Shown here in pieces: positions 49,422 to 61,200 of a stretch of DNA of 64,000 bases. A model generated the notes under the pieces. The model did no database searches. It was given only the letters and a program-made list of their open reading frames with translations, and was not told the DNA's origin. Source of the stretch: Nitrospirota bacterium (GTDB lineage: Bacteria > Nitrospirota > Thermodesulfovibrionia > Thermodesulfovibrionales > UBA9159). Position numbers and translations under genes: made by a program. How positions within the stretch are numbered: the stretch's first letter is position 1; every line of letters begins with the position of its first letter. The stretch is taken from NCBI GenBank assembly GCA_963699545.1, contig CAVOUE010000010.1:1-64000 (forward strand). The letters run 5' to 3'.

Positions 49422-49982
49422 TCAGCTAACGCGCTGCATGACGGTGCTCCCGTTTCCGTAATCTATGATCAGCTTCTTCCCGTCCAAAGTGAATGTGGCG
49501 TTCACGACGTAATCCGCCCCGCTGATGATCAGCGTCGATCCCACGATGCGGTAACGTTCCGTTGAAGTGTCGACCATCCCGTCCATGTTCGTCTTCGTCG
49601 TCACAACGGTGCCGTCATGCCTGAAATGAGTAACGATTGACTTATGGCGCTTCTCAGGCTTCGGCGTAATACTGATGACCTGCCACGTAGAGCCACCAAG
49701 CGGCCTGGTCTCCTCTTCGCGGACAGCGCGCCGCTGTTCGGCATCCTTTTTGTCCTGTTCATTGCCTATGAGGTATCCAACTCCCGCACCGACACCTGCT
49801 CCGATCAGCGCTGTAGCTCCCCAGGAACCATGCATGTTCGCCAGCCCTCCGATGAGCGCACCCGCTCCGGCGCCTGCAAGCGCACCTGTCTCACCTTTTG
49901 TTGCACAACCAGTGCCCAGCGATACCGTAAGAACCATTCCCAAAATGCAGATGATGCTCACTAACTTCTTCCCTTTCTCCAT
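49422..49982 (-). CDS. Glycine-zipper lipoprotein with lipocalin/META-like C-terminal domain
   Basis: Lipobox GTGC, GALAGAGAGALIG zipper, LGGSTW beta domain. Confidence 0.72.
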   Translation of the reverse strand: MEKGKKLVSIICILGMVLTVSLGTGCATKGETGALAGAGAGALIGGLANMHGSWGATALIGAGVGAGVGYLIGNEQDKKDAEQRRAVREEETRPLGGSTWQVISITPKPEKRHKSIVTHFRHDGTVVTTKTNMDGMVDTSTERYRIVGSTLIISGADYVVNATFTLDGKKLIIDYGNGSTVMQRVS

Positions 49983-50345
49983 TCCTGCCTCCTCTCGAAG
50001 CGATATTGCATAACTCCAATAGAGTCACTTTCCCGCGCCAGAAGAATGCCGCACCGGGACTCATCCGCTGAAATCACCACGGTGCCGCATCCCTCATCAT
50101 TCTCAATTACATTTTATTGCAGAACAGGGAATGTTGCAAGTCCAGTTGCCCGGCGCCCACTTCAAGCCGGCAGACTCGGCCCTTTTGTCAGGCAAAAAAC
50201 GTTTGCTCGGGATATCGTGTCTTCTCCCCTTGGTGGCAAAGTCATCGGCATTGGTATAGGATATACTTGAGTGACAGAGGTGGACAGCCGAGGGAGGCAG
50301 ATCCGTGATCGTAAGGCGATTCGAGAGATATGGACAGGGTGAACA

Positions 50346-51887
50346 GTGAACAAAAAAGTGACCGTTGACGATATGCCCGCAGTTGCCACTTCAAAGAGAG
50401 GATCCGGCATCCTTTTACATATCACTTCTCTTCCCTCGCCGTATGGGATCGGCGATATGGGACCAAGCGCCTGTGCGTTTGCCGATTTTCTTGTTCAGGC
50501 CAGGCAGCGCATCTGGCAGGTCCTGCCCCTCAACCCGACTGATCCTGCCTATGGGAATTCTCCTTACAGCAGCATGTCAGCTTTTGCGGGGAATAAACTT
50601 CTCATCAGCCCTGATCTCCTGATCGAAGATGGTCTCCTTTCCCAGGCGGACCTCGAACCCGTTCCCGGGTTTCCGGACGGCCGCTGCGATTTCGCCTCAG
50701 TGATCTCGTACAAGGGCAGATTGCTGGAACAGGCCTACCGGCACTTCATAAAGAACGGGGAAAAGCGGGAATCCTTTGACGCGTTTTGTCGGGAGAATGG
50801 CTCCTGGCTGGACGATTTTTCCCTCTTTACCGTCATAAAAGATCACCGTGCAGGAAGAATATGGAATCAATGGCCTCAAGAACTGAGAGACCGGAGCCCC
50901 CGATCCCTTGAGACAATAAAGAAAGACCATTACGAAGAGATGGAGAAAGAGAGATTCTGGCAATACCTTTTCTTCCAACAGTGGAACAGGCTGAAGGCGT
51001 ATTGCGGGGAGAAAGGCGTGCAGCTGTTTGGGGATCTCGCTCTCTATGTGAGCTTCGACAGCGCCGATGTCTGGACAAACCCCGGTCTTTTCAAACTGGA
51101 CAGGGCAAAGAGACCTGTTTTCGTCTCGGGTGTTCCCCCCGACTATTTCAGCACTACAGGACAATTGTGGGGCAATCCCGTTTACCGCTGGGACGTTATT
51201 AGACAGGGGGGATACCAATGGTGGATACGACGGATGATCCATCATCTCGGGCTTTTTGATGTCCTGAGGATTGATCATTTCCGTGGCTTGGTCGCCTACT
51301 GGGAAATCCCCGCAGGAGAGAAGACAGCGATGAACGGGAAATGGGTGAAAGTTCCGGTGAAAGATCTCTTCAAGACCCTCAGGAAATGTTTGCCGAAACT
51401 CCCTCTTGTTGCAGAAGATCTCGGTCTGATTACCCCTGATGTCAGGGAAGTCATGCAATGTTTGGGCCTTCCGGGGATGAAGGTCCTCCTTTTCGCCTTC
51501 GGAGAAGACAACCCTGAGCATCCGTATCTGCCGCACAATTATGAGAAGGATTTCCTGGTCTATACCGGCACTCATGACAATAACACTGTCCGCGGTTGGT
51601 TCGAGCATGAGTCATCACCGGATGAAAGGAAAAGGCTTTTCCGTTACCTTGGACGGGAGGTGTCTGTTGAGGAGGTCCATTGGGAATTGATCAGGTTAGC
51701 CATGATGTCTGCAGCAAATCTCGTCATTATGCCCATGCAGGATATCCTCGGCCTCGGGGCTGAAGCGCGGATGAACCGGCCCTCGGTCGCGCAGGGCAAC
51801 TGGGAATGGAGGGTCCTGCCTGAACACCTGACTGCGTCTGTCTCGGAAAGGCTGCGGGAGATGACAGAGACTTATGGCAGGGGTTAG
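50346..51887 (+). CDS. malQ: 4-alpha-glucanotransferase (GH77)
   Basis: SGILLHITSLP, WQVLPL, GVPPDYFS, RIDHFRG, AEDLG, YTGTHDN. Confidence 0.95.
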   Translation: MNKKVTVDDMPAVATSKRGSGILLHITSLPSPYGIGDMGPSACAFADFLVQARQRIWQVLPLNPTDPAYGNSPYSSMSAFAGNKLLISPDLLIEDGLLSQADLEPVPGFPDGRCDFASVISYKGRLLEQAYRHFIKNGEKRESFDAFCRENGSWLDDFSLFTVIKDHRAGRIWNQWPQELRDRSPRSLETIKKDHYEEMEKERFWQYLFFQQWNRLKAYCGEKGVQLFGDLALYVSFDSADVWTNPGLFKLDRAKRPVFVSGVPPDYFSTTGQLWGNPVYRWDVIRQGGYQWWIRRMIHHLGLFDVLRIDHFRGLVAYWEIPAGEKTAMNGKWVKVPVKDLFKTLRKCLPKLPLVAEDLGLITPDVREVMQCLGLPGMKVLLFAFGEDNPEHPYLPHNYEKDFLVYTGTHDNNTVRGWFEHESSPDERKRLFRYLGREVSVEEVHWELIRLAMMSAANLVIMPMQDILGLGAEARMNRPSVAQGNWEWRVLPEHLTASVSERLREMTETYGRG

Positions 51888-51894
51888 AAAGTGT

Positions 51895-53235
51895 TCAGTG
51901 CCTCAACCAGGAAAGGGCTAAAATATAGAGAGATGAGGCTGCCAGTTGACAGAGGGTAATCGGCAGGCCGATACGCAGAAATCTCACGAATGTCACCCGT
52001 GAGCCCTCACGCGCACATATGCCTGCGCTCACTATGTTGGAGGAGGCGCCGATCAACGTCGCATTACCCCCGAGCGTCCCGCCGAACATCATGGCGATAA
52101 AGACCGGTACCACGACGGTCGGCCAGTCAGAAAAGCCTGCAGCAAGCGCTGTTTCAGGGACCGCCTCAACCGCAACCAGGTACCCCTTCGTCATGACGAG
52201 CGAGGCCGCAACGACCGGGATGTTGGCGAGCAGGCTTGAGAGCATCCCGACGCCCGCCAACAGGGTAAGCGCAACAAGCGTGAACTCCTTCCCGAACCAT
52301 CCTGAGAGCTTCAGGGCCATTCCCTGCAAAAGTCCTGTCTTGACGAACCCCTCCACAAGACAAAAGATCAATGCGATGAACAGGAGCGATTTCCAGTCGA
52401 TGTCGCGGATAACGTTGTCGAGCGGCTCAACGCGCATTCCGTAAACCACAAGCAGAGCGAGCGTGGCGGCGATTATCGCGACCTCAGGCGGCACGATCCT
52501 CCCCGGCAGGTCCTCGCCAAGCACAAAAAGAACAATCATCAGCAGCAGCACCCCTAGGGAGAGGACCACGAATCTTGGCCGTTCAATGGGAGCGCGTGTT
52601 TTCTCCACGGGCAAGGCACGCCGGACGCTCCAAATCTCCGGCATCAGCAGAGGGAGGAGAGGTACTATGACCAGCATGGAGAGCAGCCCTCCGAGGCTGA
52701 CCTGTCGAAGATACTTCCCAAAGGTCATGCCTATCGAACTGCCAACGAGGAAGGTGGCAGGATCTCCCACGAGCGTGAGCAGGCCTGCCGAATTGCTGAT
52801 GACCGCCGCAAGCACCATCGGACCGACAAAATCCACTTCAAGGGCCCGGGCTACGCCGATGATCACCGGCGCGAGCAAGATCACCGTTGTCGCATTCGGC
52901 AGGAATGCGCAGACCGGCCCGATCAGCAGCATGAGAAGCAGCAAATAGCGTTTACCGCTGCCCCGGGTGGCATGGAGGAAACGATCGCCGAGGCGTTCGA
53001 ATATCCCGGTTTTCGCGAGAACTCTGGCTACGACCATGCCGCCGAAGAGCAGAGATAGCGCACCTCCCCCTGTCCTCATCGCATCGAGGATCTCCTTCCC
53101 ACTGAGGATCTCAAAGAGCATCATCAGGCAAACACCGAACAGTGCCGCGACCACCATGTCGACAATGTCGAACGCTATCGCGAGGATTACGGCTGCAAAG
53201 ATGCCGATCGTGAGGTATATCTGGAAGTCAGTCAT
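51895..53235 (-). CDS. ArsB/NhaD (SLC13, IT superfamily) secondary permease
   Basis: About 12 TM; PNATTV, SNSAGLLTLVGDP, LGGNATLIGASSN. Confidence 0.85.
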   Translation of the reverse strand: MTDFQIYLTIGIFAAVILAIAFDIVDMVVAALFGVCLMMLFEILSGKEILDAMRTGGGALSLLFGGMVVARVLAKTGIFERLGDRFLHATRGSGKRYLLLLMLLIGPVCAFLPNATTVILLAPVIIGVARALEVDFVGPMVLAAVISNSAGLLTLVGDPATFLVGSSIGMTFGKYLRQVSLGGLLSMLVIVPLLPLLMPEIWSVRRALPVEKTRAPIERPRFVVLSLGVLLLMIVLFVLGEDLPGRIVPPEVAIIAATLALLVVYGMRVEPLDNVIRDIDWKSLLFIALIFCLVEGFVKTGLLQGMALKLSGWFGKEFTLVALTLLAGVGMLSSLLANIPVVAASLVMTKGYLVAVEAVPETALAAGFSDWPTVVVPVFIAMMFGGTLGGNATLIGASSNIVSAGICAREGSRVTFVRFLRIGLPITLCQLAASSLYILALSWLRH

Positions 53236-53249
53236 GGACTCGCCTATCC

Positions 53250-54284
53250 TTAACGCAGCGGCGGGGCATACATCAGCCCTCCCTGTGTCCAGAGCCGATT
53301 CAGTCCACGCTCGAGCTTGAGCGCGCTGCCGCGGCCGACGTTTCTTTCGAACATCTCGCCGTAGTTCCCCACTGCTTTGACCGCCTGCACCGCCCAGTCG
53401 TCACGGACACCAAGCGCTTTGCCGAAGCCGCCATCAATGCCCAACGCACGCCGCAGCGCAGGATCACGCGTCTCTTTGAGGCTAGCAGCGACATTGTCGC
53501 GCGTGATACCCGCCTCTTCTGCGGCAATCAAAGCGAACAGCACCCAGCGGACAAGGGTAACCCAGTCATCGTCGCCCCGACGGACGGACGGCCCGAGCGG
53601 CTCCCTGGAAACCCGCTCAGGCAAGATGTCGAAAGACTCCGGACCTCCAGGGGCCTGAAGGCGCACGGCTGCGAGCTGCGAGGCATCAGACGTATATGCA
53701 CGACAGCGGCCAGTGAAAAACGCTGAGGCGACATCGGCGGTGGAGTTTAAGATGAGCGGAGTGACTTTCATGCCGCGTGCATCAAAGAAATCGGTCAGAT
53801 TCTGTACGTGGGTGGTCCCCTTCTCAACGCATACCGTCGTCCCGTTCAGTTGGACGATATTCTGAACGCCGGTCTTCCTTGACACCATAAAGGCCTGTCC
53901 GTCATAAAACAGAACGCCGGGGAACTGCACTTTCAGTCCCGCCTCGCGCCCGAGTGTCCAGGTGGTGTTTCGGAGGAGGAGATCGACGGCACGACTTTCG
54001 AGAGCGGGAAAACGCTCGGAAGCCTTCAGCGGCACGAAGACCACTTTCTCGGTATCGCCGAGCACCGCTGCGGCAACCGCTCGGCAGAAATCGACATCGA
54101 ACCCGGTCCAGCGACCCGCAGCATCCCTTGTTGAAAATCCTGCGATCCCTTCGCTTACCCCACACCGCAGATGGCCACGGGACTTCATCGCATCAAGGGT
54201 CTCACCTGCCTGCACGGTGAGTGGCAGCGCCGCAAGGAACAGATTGCAGACCGCGAGGAGCACAATACATTTGCCGTACTTCAT
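53250..54284 (-). CDS. General L-amino acid ABC substrate-binding protein (AapJ/BztA-like)
   Basis: GFDVDFCRAVAAA, RNTTWT, YDGQ, SREPLGP, VGNYGE, GGLMYAPP. Confidence 0.9.
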   Translation of the reverse strand: MKYGKCIVLLAVCNLFLAALPLTVQAGETLDAMKSRGHLRCGVSEGIAGFSTRDAAGRWTGFDVDFCRAVAAAVLGDTEKVVFVPLKASERFPALESRAVDLLLRNTTWTLGREAGLKVQFPGVLFYDGQAFMVSRKTGVQNIVQLNGTTVCVEKGTTHVQNLTDFFDARGMKVTPLILNSTADVASAFFTGRCRAYTSDASQLAAVRLQAPGGPESFDILPERVSREPLGPSVRRGDDDWVTLVRWVLFALIAAEEAGITRDNVAASLKETRDPALRRALGIDGGFGKALGVRDDWAVQAVKAVGNYGEMFERNVGRGSALKLERGLNRLWTQGGLMYAPPLR

Positions 54285-54636
54285 TCAGGTTATTGCCCCT
54301 GTTTTAGGATCGGACCCTGCCGCAGATTGTCGCCTACCTGTAACTATCATCGATAGTATAATGCAGTTGCGGAAAGCCTGCTGTCAAGACGGCAGTCCTT
54401 TGACGCGTCTGTACGCCAACCGTGCTGCAGATAGTGGCAACTGACAAGCGCAGGTGCCTGCAAGAACGCGCTGCGCATGCGCTTCATTGAAGAAAAGAAC
54501 GCGCACTTCAGCGATCAGCGGCCCAGAGAGATGTTGTCCGCATCTTTGAAACCTGATACAATGCTGGTGACAGACATTTTTTTGCTTTTCTTTAATAGCC
54601 ATACTGTCCCGGAGGACAACTGCGGGAGTGAGAGCT

Positions 54637-55386
54637 ATGTACAAACTCGTTTTACTCAGACACGGACAGAGCATCTGGAACAGGGAGAACCTCTTCACGG
54701 GGTGGACCGACGTGGACCTGTCTGAAGAAGGGGTGGAGGAGGCAAAGGAGGCAGGCCGCGTTCTGAGAGAGCAGGGCTTTACCTTTGAGATCGCCTTCAC
54801 CTCTGTATTGAAACGGGCTATCCGGACGCTCTGGATCGTGATGGATGAGATGGACCTCATGTGGGTTCCCGTAGTTCGCGACTGGCGACTGAACGAACGG
54901 CATTACGGCGCGCTTCAGGGACTGAACAAGGCCCAGACAGCCGAAAAATACGGGGAGCAGCAGGTGAAAATATGGCGGCGCAGTTATGACATCAGGCCCC
55001 CTGCACTTGAAGAAGGAGACCCACGGAATCCGTCAAAGGACAGGCGGTACAGAGAACTCCGCAAAGATCAGATACCCCTCACCGAGTGTCTGAAGGACAC
55101 CGTGGAACGCTTCCTCCCCTGCTGGAATGACGTGATCTCCCCTGCGGTGCGTTCCGGAAAGCCGGCGCTTATTGCTGCGCACGGCAACAGCCTCCGGGCT
55201 CTGGTGAAATACCTCGACACTATCTCCGACGACACCATCACAGAGCTGAACATCCCCACCGGGATACCCCTTGTCTATGAACTCAACGATTCACTGAGAC
55301 CGATACGGAACTATTATCTTGGAGACCCTGACAAGGTCAGGACGGCAACAGAGGCCGTGGCGAGCCAGGGCAGAATAAAGCAGTAG
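54637..55386 (+). CDS. gpmA: 2,3-bisphosphoglycerate-dependent phosphoglycerate mutase
   Basis: LRHGQS, LNERHYG, WRRSY, AHGNSLR. Confidence 0.96.
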   Translation: MYKLVLLRHGQSIWNRENLFTGWTDVDLSEEGVEEAKEAGRVLREQGFTFEIAFTSVLKRAIRTLWIVMDEMDLMWVPVVRDWRLNERHYGALQGLNKAQTAEKYGEQQVKIWRRSYDIRPPALEEGDPRNPSKDRRYRELRKDQIPLTECLKDTVERFLPCWNDVISPAVRSGKPALIAAHGNSLRALVKYLDTISDDTITELNIPTGIPLVYELNDSLRPIRNYYLGDPDKVRTATEAVASQGRIKQ

Positions 55387-55396
55387 GAAAGGAAAC

Positions 55397-56830
55397 ATGG
55401 TGACTCTGCCGGCGCACAAGACAAAGATCATCTGCACCATCGGGCCGTCCTCGGATTCTCCGGAGGTCCTGAAGGCGATAATGCGGGCGGGCATGGATGT
55501 GGCACGACTCAATTTTTCACACGGCGTGTTCGACGAGCACAAGAGGGTTATCAACACCATCCGCGCAGCTGCAGCCGAGGTCGGCAAACGCATCGCGATC
55601 CTGGCTGATCTGCCGGGCCCGAAGATCCGTATAGGCCAGTTTGGACAGGAGCCGGTAGAACTGAAACCGGGCGACTCCTTCACCCTGACCACCGAAACCA
55701 TAAGAGGCAACGCTGAGCGCGTCTCGGTGACCTTCGAGAGGCTGCCCCGGGCAGTAAAGCCGGGGGATACCCTCTTCCTCAATGATGGACTCATACAACT
55801 TGAGGTGATGAACGTCACGGCCAATGACGTACAATGCCGTGTGCTCGTGGGTGGCGAGCTGCGGTCCAGGAAAGGACTTAACCTCCCCGGCATCGACCTC
55901 GGCATCAGCGCCTTCACCGAGCGTGACGGGGAATGCATGCAGTTCGCCCTTGCGCAGGGAGTGGATGCCATCAGCCAGTCCTTTGTCGAGAGTGGTGCCG
56001 ACATTGCCGCTGTCCGGAGCGCTGCATCAGCCCTCGGCTACAACCCCTTTGTTATCGCCAAGATCGAGCGTTCCAGGGCGCTGGAACGCATCGAAGAGAT
56101 CATGGATGCGGCGGACGGGATCATGGTCGCCCGCGGCGACCTTGGCGTTGAAGTCCCGATCGAACAGATCGCTATCGTGCAGAAACGGCTTATGCGTCTT
56201 GCGAACATGCGTGCAAAACCGGTCATCACGGCGACACAAATGCTCGAGTCAATGACTGATAACAGCCGTCCTACCAGGGCCGAGGTCACAGACGTGACGA
56301 ACGCCATTCTTGACGGGACCGACTGCGTCATGCTCTCCGAGGAGTCGGCCATGGGCAAGTATCCTGTAGATGCCGTGGCAATGCTGGCAAAGATTGCAAG
56401 CTCCGCGGAGCCGTATCGACCTGCCACTACGGTAAGACAGATGTTCAAGGGAATTGATCTCAAAGGAAAGCTTCGACCGGCCCACCTTGTCGCCGTCGGA
56501 GTGGAAGCGAGTCTCGAATACATGGTACCGGCAGCCGTGTTTGTCCCGACGAGGAGCGGGGCTACTGCGCGGAGTATCGGGCGGTTCCGCCTTCCGGTCT
56601 GGACGGTGGCCGTAAGTTCTCAGGAGGCAACCTGTCAGCAACTCCAATTCTCTTCGGGGGTCTATCCGGTACACGAACCGGAACATCCTGAGAACTGGAA
56701 CAGCTATGTCAAAAAGTGGCTAGCTGATCATGGCCTTGAAGGAAACCTTGTCGTTCTCACAGAGGGACCTTCATCAAGGCACCCTGAAGCGAATCACCGC
56801 ATGGAGATCATCGATTTGGAACAGGCATGA
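55397..56830 (+). CDS. pyk: Pyruvate kinase
   Basis: KTKIICTIGP, RLNFSHG, IAKIE, MVARGDLG, ATQMLESM. Confidence 0.96.
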   Translation: MVTLPAHKTKIICTIGPSSDSPEVLKAIMRAGMDVARLNFSHGVFDEHKRVINTIRAAAAEVGKRIAILADLPGPKIRIGQFGQEPVELKPGDSFTLTTETIRGNAERVSVTFERLPRAVKPGDTLFLNDGLIQLEVMNVTANDVQCRVLVGGELRSRKGLNLPGIDLGISAFTERDGECMQFALAQGVDAISQSFVESGADIAAVRSAASALGYNPFVIAKIERSRALERIEEIMDAADGIMVARGDLGVEVPIEQIAIVQKRLMRLANMRAKPVITATQMLESMTDNSRPTRAEVTDVTNAILDGTDCVMLSEESAMGKYPVDAVAMLAKIASSAEPYRPATTVRQMFKGIDLKGKLRPAHLVAVGVEASLEYMVPAAVFVPTRSGATARSIGRFRLPVWTVAVSSQEATCQQLQFSSGVYPVHEPEHPENWNSYVKKWLADHGLEGNLVVLTEGPSSRHPEANHRMEIIDLEQA

Positions 56831-57125
56831 GAGGACCGCGAACCTCCTGTCAAATGAAGCGCCCTTGCACAGCGGGAGTTCCTTTCCGGCGATACCATCT
56901 TTCTTTCCTGTGAAATCGTCACGCTCGTGTTGATAATTTCATTTTAACGTGTTAGTCTTTCTTATGCGTAAAAGCAGTGTCCTACCAGTTTGGGTCGGTT
57001 TCCCGGCATGGTATGAACAAAAAAAAAAGACAGGCGACCCCTCTGTCACAGGAGATAGTTCGCACTCTGTCCGGGGACATGGCCTCAGGCCGCATCCTTA
57101 ACCCTTTATAGGAGCCATCCCATCC

Positions 57126-58255
57126 ATGAAGAAGCGCATAATCCTCGCCCTCATCGGCCTTGTTATTCTCATCGCCATTCTGGGCGCTGTCAAGGCCCTG
57201 CAGATCGGTGCGATGATCGACCAGGGCAAGAAGTTCGTACCGCCGCCCGAGACCGTGACCTCTGCAGTAGTAAAGGCCGATTCGTGGGAGACCGCCCTGA
57301 CCGCGGTCGGCACGCTGAACGCTGTGCAGGGGGTCACCGTGGCCGCCGAATTGGTGGGCAAGGTGGTCAAGATCGCCTTCGAGCCCGGCACGTCGGTGAA
57401 GAAAGGGGACATCCTGCTTCGCCAGGACACCTCCTCTGAAGAGGCCCAACTCCCCGGCGCCGTGGCCCAGGCGGACCTGGCCCGGACGAACCTCGAGAGG
57501 GCCGAGCAGTTGTTTGCAAAGGGGATAATCGCCCGGGCCGACCTCGATAATGCCGTGGCAAACGCCGAGCAGGCACAGGCACAGGCCGAAAACATACGGG
57601 CCACCATCGCCAAAAAGACGATCCGGGCCCCCTTCAGCGGCCAGCTCGGCATTCGTCAGGTCAACCTCGGGCAGATCCTCCGCGAGGGGGATCCCATCGT
57701 CACCCTGCAGTCGCTCGACCCGATCTATGTCGACTTCACCCTGCCCCAGCAGCAGCTCCCGCATGGTCCACCCCGGCCTCCCGGTACGGGTGACGGGCGA
57801 TGCCCTGCCGGGCGTGACGATCGAGGGTCGGGTCACTGCCATGAACCCGCAGGTCGACGCCGAAACCCGCAACATCAAGGTTGCAGGCTACGGTCGCCAA
57901 CCGCGCCGGAAAACTGCGACCCGGGATGTTCGTCAACGTGGCGGTAGGATTGCCAGCCCGCCAGAAGGTGCTGGCCATTCCGGCCACTGCGGTCCTCTAC
58001 GCCCCCTACGGCGACTCGGTCTTCGTCATCGAGGCGCAAAGGGAGGAAAGGAGGGAAGGCAGTCATCACTGCGCCAGCAGTTCGTGCGCCTGGGCGAGAA
58101 ACGCGGCGACTTTGTGGCCGTGACCAGCGGGCTTAAGGAAGGCGAGACTATCGTCAGCACCGGCGTCTTCAAGCTGCGTAACGGCCAGGCAGTGGTGATC
58201 GACAACAAGCTTGGCGCCCCGCCTTCCAGAAGCGCCCCAGGCCGGAGAACAATGA
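57126..58255 (+). CDS. RND efflux periplasmic adaptor (MFP); several frameshifts
   Basis: IRAPFSG, LDPIYVDF, LRPGMF, AIPATAV, SGLKEGE distributed over three frames. Confidence 0.82.
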
Positions 58256-58283
58256 CCGGTCCTGCTCAGGACAGAGCCCATTT

Positions 58284-61200
58284 ATGAAAATCACCGATCT
58301 CTTTATCCGCCGGCCTGTCTTGGCCCTTGTGGTCAACCTGATCATCGTCATTGCCGGTCTGCAGGCGATCCGCACGCTCAATGTCCGGCAGTACCCGCGC
58401 AGCGAGAACGCGGCGGTGACGGTGACCACCGTCTACGTCGGCGCCAGCGCCGATCTGGTGCGCGGTTTCGTCACCACGCCGCTGGAGCGGACCATCGCGG
58501 CAGCCGACGGCATCGAGTATATGGAGTCGCAGAGCAGCCTCGGGCTCTCGACCATCAAGGTGCGCCTCAAGCTCAACTACGACTCCACCAAGGCACTGGC
58601 CGAGATCAGCTCCAAGGTCGACCAGGTGCGCCGCGACCTCCCGCCCGGAGGCCGAGGTGCCGGTCATTAACATCGAGTCGGCCGACAGCCAGTTCGCCTC
58701 GGCATACCTCAGTTTCACCTCCGACATCCTGAAGCAGAATGAGATCACCGAATACCTGGTGCGCATCGTCCAGCCCCGTCTGTCGGCCATCGAAGGGGTA
58801 CAGCGGGCCGACATCCTCGGCGCCCGCACCTTTGCCATGCGCATCTGGCTCAAGCCCGAGCGGATGGCCGCTCTCAACATCAGCCCGGCCCAGGTGCGCC
58901 AGGCGCTGGCTGCCAACAACTTTCTGGCTGCCCTCGGCCGGAGCAAGGGCGCCTTCATCCAGGTCAACCTGACCGCCAATACCAACCTGAAAACGGTCGA
59001 GGAGTTCAGACGCCTTGCGGTGCGCGATCAAAACGGCGCCATCGTGCGTCTTGGCGACATCGCCGATGTCGTGCTCGGGGCTGAGGACTACGACGCCGAA
59101 GTCCATTTCTCCGGTCAGACTGCGGTCTTCATGGGGATCTGGCCGCTCCCCAACGCCAACTCCGTGGATGTCATCAAGCGGGTGCGGACCGAGATGGCCT
59201 CCATTCAGCGCGACTTGCCGAGCGGCATGCAGTCCCGTGTCGCCTATGACGCCACCAACTATATCACCAACGCCATCCATGGAGGTGCTCAAGACCCTCG
59301 GCGACACGCTGCTGATCGTGGTCGTCGTCATCTTCCTCTTCCTCGGTTCCTTCCGTTCGGTCTTCATCCCGGTGGTGGCCATCCCGGTCTCTCTTATCGG
59401 CGCGGTCTTCCTGATGCAGGCCTTCGGCTTTACCGTCAACCTGCTCACCCTTCTCGCCGTCGTCCTCTCGGTCGGTCTGGTTGTCGACGATGCCATCGTT
59501 GTGGTCGAGAATGTGGAGCGCCACCTGCGCGAGGGAAAATCATCTCTGGAGGCCGCCCTGCTCGGCGGCCGCGAACTGGTCGGACCGATCATCGCCATGA
59601 CCATCACCCTTGCGGCGGTCTATCTCCCCATCGGTCTGCAGGGAGGATTGACCGGCTCGCTGTTCCGCGAGTTCGCCTTCACCCTGGCCGGCGCTGTCAC
59701 CATCTCCGGGATCGTGGCCCTGACCCTTTCTCCGGTCATGTCGGCCAGACTGCTCAAACCCGGGAGTGGAGGAGCACGGCTTGGCCGGCCGCATCTCCCG
59801 CGACTTCAGGCGTCTGAGAAACGCATACGGCAGGTTGCTCAGCGGCCACCCTGAATGCCCGTCCTGCGGTCTACACGGTCTGGATCATGATCACCCTGCT
59901 GACCGTGCCGATGTTCATGATGTCTGCCAGGGAACTGGCCCCGACCGAGGACCAGGGGGTAATCTTCGGTATCCTCGACGCCTCGGCCAACTCGACCCTC
60001 GATCAGAACAGCCGCTTATGCAGCGGCGGTCAACCAGGCCTTTATGAGTGTGCCGGAGACCGACTTCACCTTCCAGATCACCTTCCCCAATTCGGGCTTC
60101 GGCGGCATGGTGGTCAAGCCGTGGAATGAACGCAAACGCAACAATCTTCAAGATCCTGCCTGAGGTCCAGCAGAAGCTTCAGGTGATCCCCGGCATCCAG
60201 ATATTCCCGGTAACGCCTCCGGCGCTCCCCGGCGGCGGACAGTTTCCCGTGGAGTTCATTCTGGCCTCGACGGCCGAGACCAGCGCAGATCCTCGATTTC
60301 GCCCAGCAGATTGCAGCTGAAGGCCATACAAAGCGGCATGTTCGCCTTTCCGCCGCAGATCGACGTCAAGATCGACCAGCCCCAGTCGGAATTCCTCATC
60401 GACCGCGACAAGGTCGCTGACCTGGGGCTCGAACCTGGAACAGGTCGGCGCCGACCTGGGAGGCATGGTGGGCGGTGACTTCGTCAACCGCTTCGATATC
60501 TCCGGACGCAGCTACAAAGTCATCCCCCAGATCCAGCGGGTCGGCCGCCTTAACCCGGAACAGCTCCAGGATGTCTACGTCACCGGCCCCAACGGCAAGC
60601 TGATCCCGCTGAGCACGATCGCCACCCTGCGCGATTCGGTCGTGCCCCGCTCTCTCAACCGCTTCCAGCAGCTCAACGCAGTCAAGATCAGCGGCGTGGC
60701 GGTGCGGCCTCTTGGACGAGGCCCTGCGCTATCTGGAGGACGAGGCGGCGAAGATCCTGCCGAAGGGGTACGTCCTCGACTACACCGGTGAGTCGCGCCA
60801 GCTCCGCACCGAGGGGAACAAGTTCCTGCCCGCCTTTGGCCTGGCAGTCATCCTGATATTCCTGGTGCTGGCTGCCCAGTTCAACAGCTTCCGCGACCCC
60901 TTCGTCATCCTGGCAGGTTCGGTGCCGCTGGCCATGTTCGGCGCGCTGATCTTCACCTTCCTGAAGATGCCGGACCCGAATGTCCCCTTCTGGACCCGCG
61001 GCTGGACCACCACTCTCAACATCTACTCCCAGGTCGGCCTGGTGACGCTGGTGGGGTTGGTGTCCAAGAACGGCATCCTGATCGTGGAGTTCGCTAACCG
61101 GCTGCAGCTGCAGGGCCACTCCAAACTTGAGGCGGTGCGCGAAGCGGCCATGACCCGTCTGCGGCCGATCCTGATGACCAGCGCTGCAACGATCGCCGGT

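Noticed and set aside
50305-50349. 14-aa SD-led ORF overlapping the malQ start
   Set aside because: Too short, with no compositional signal.
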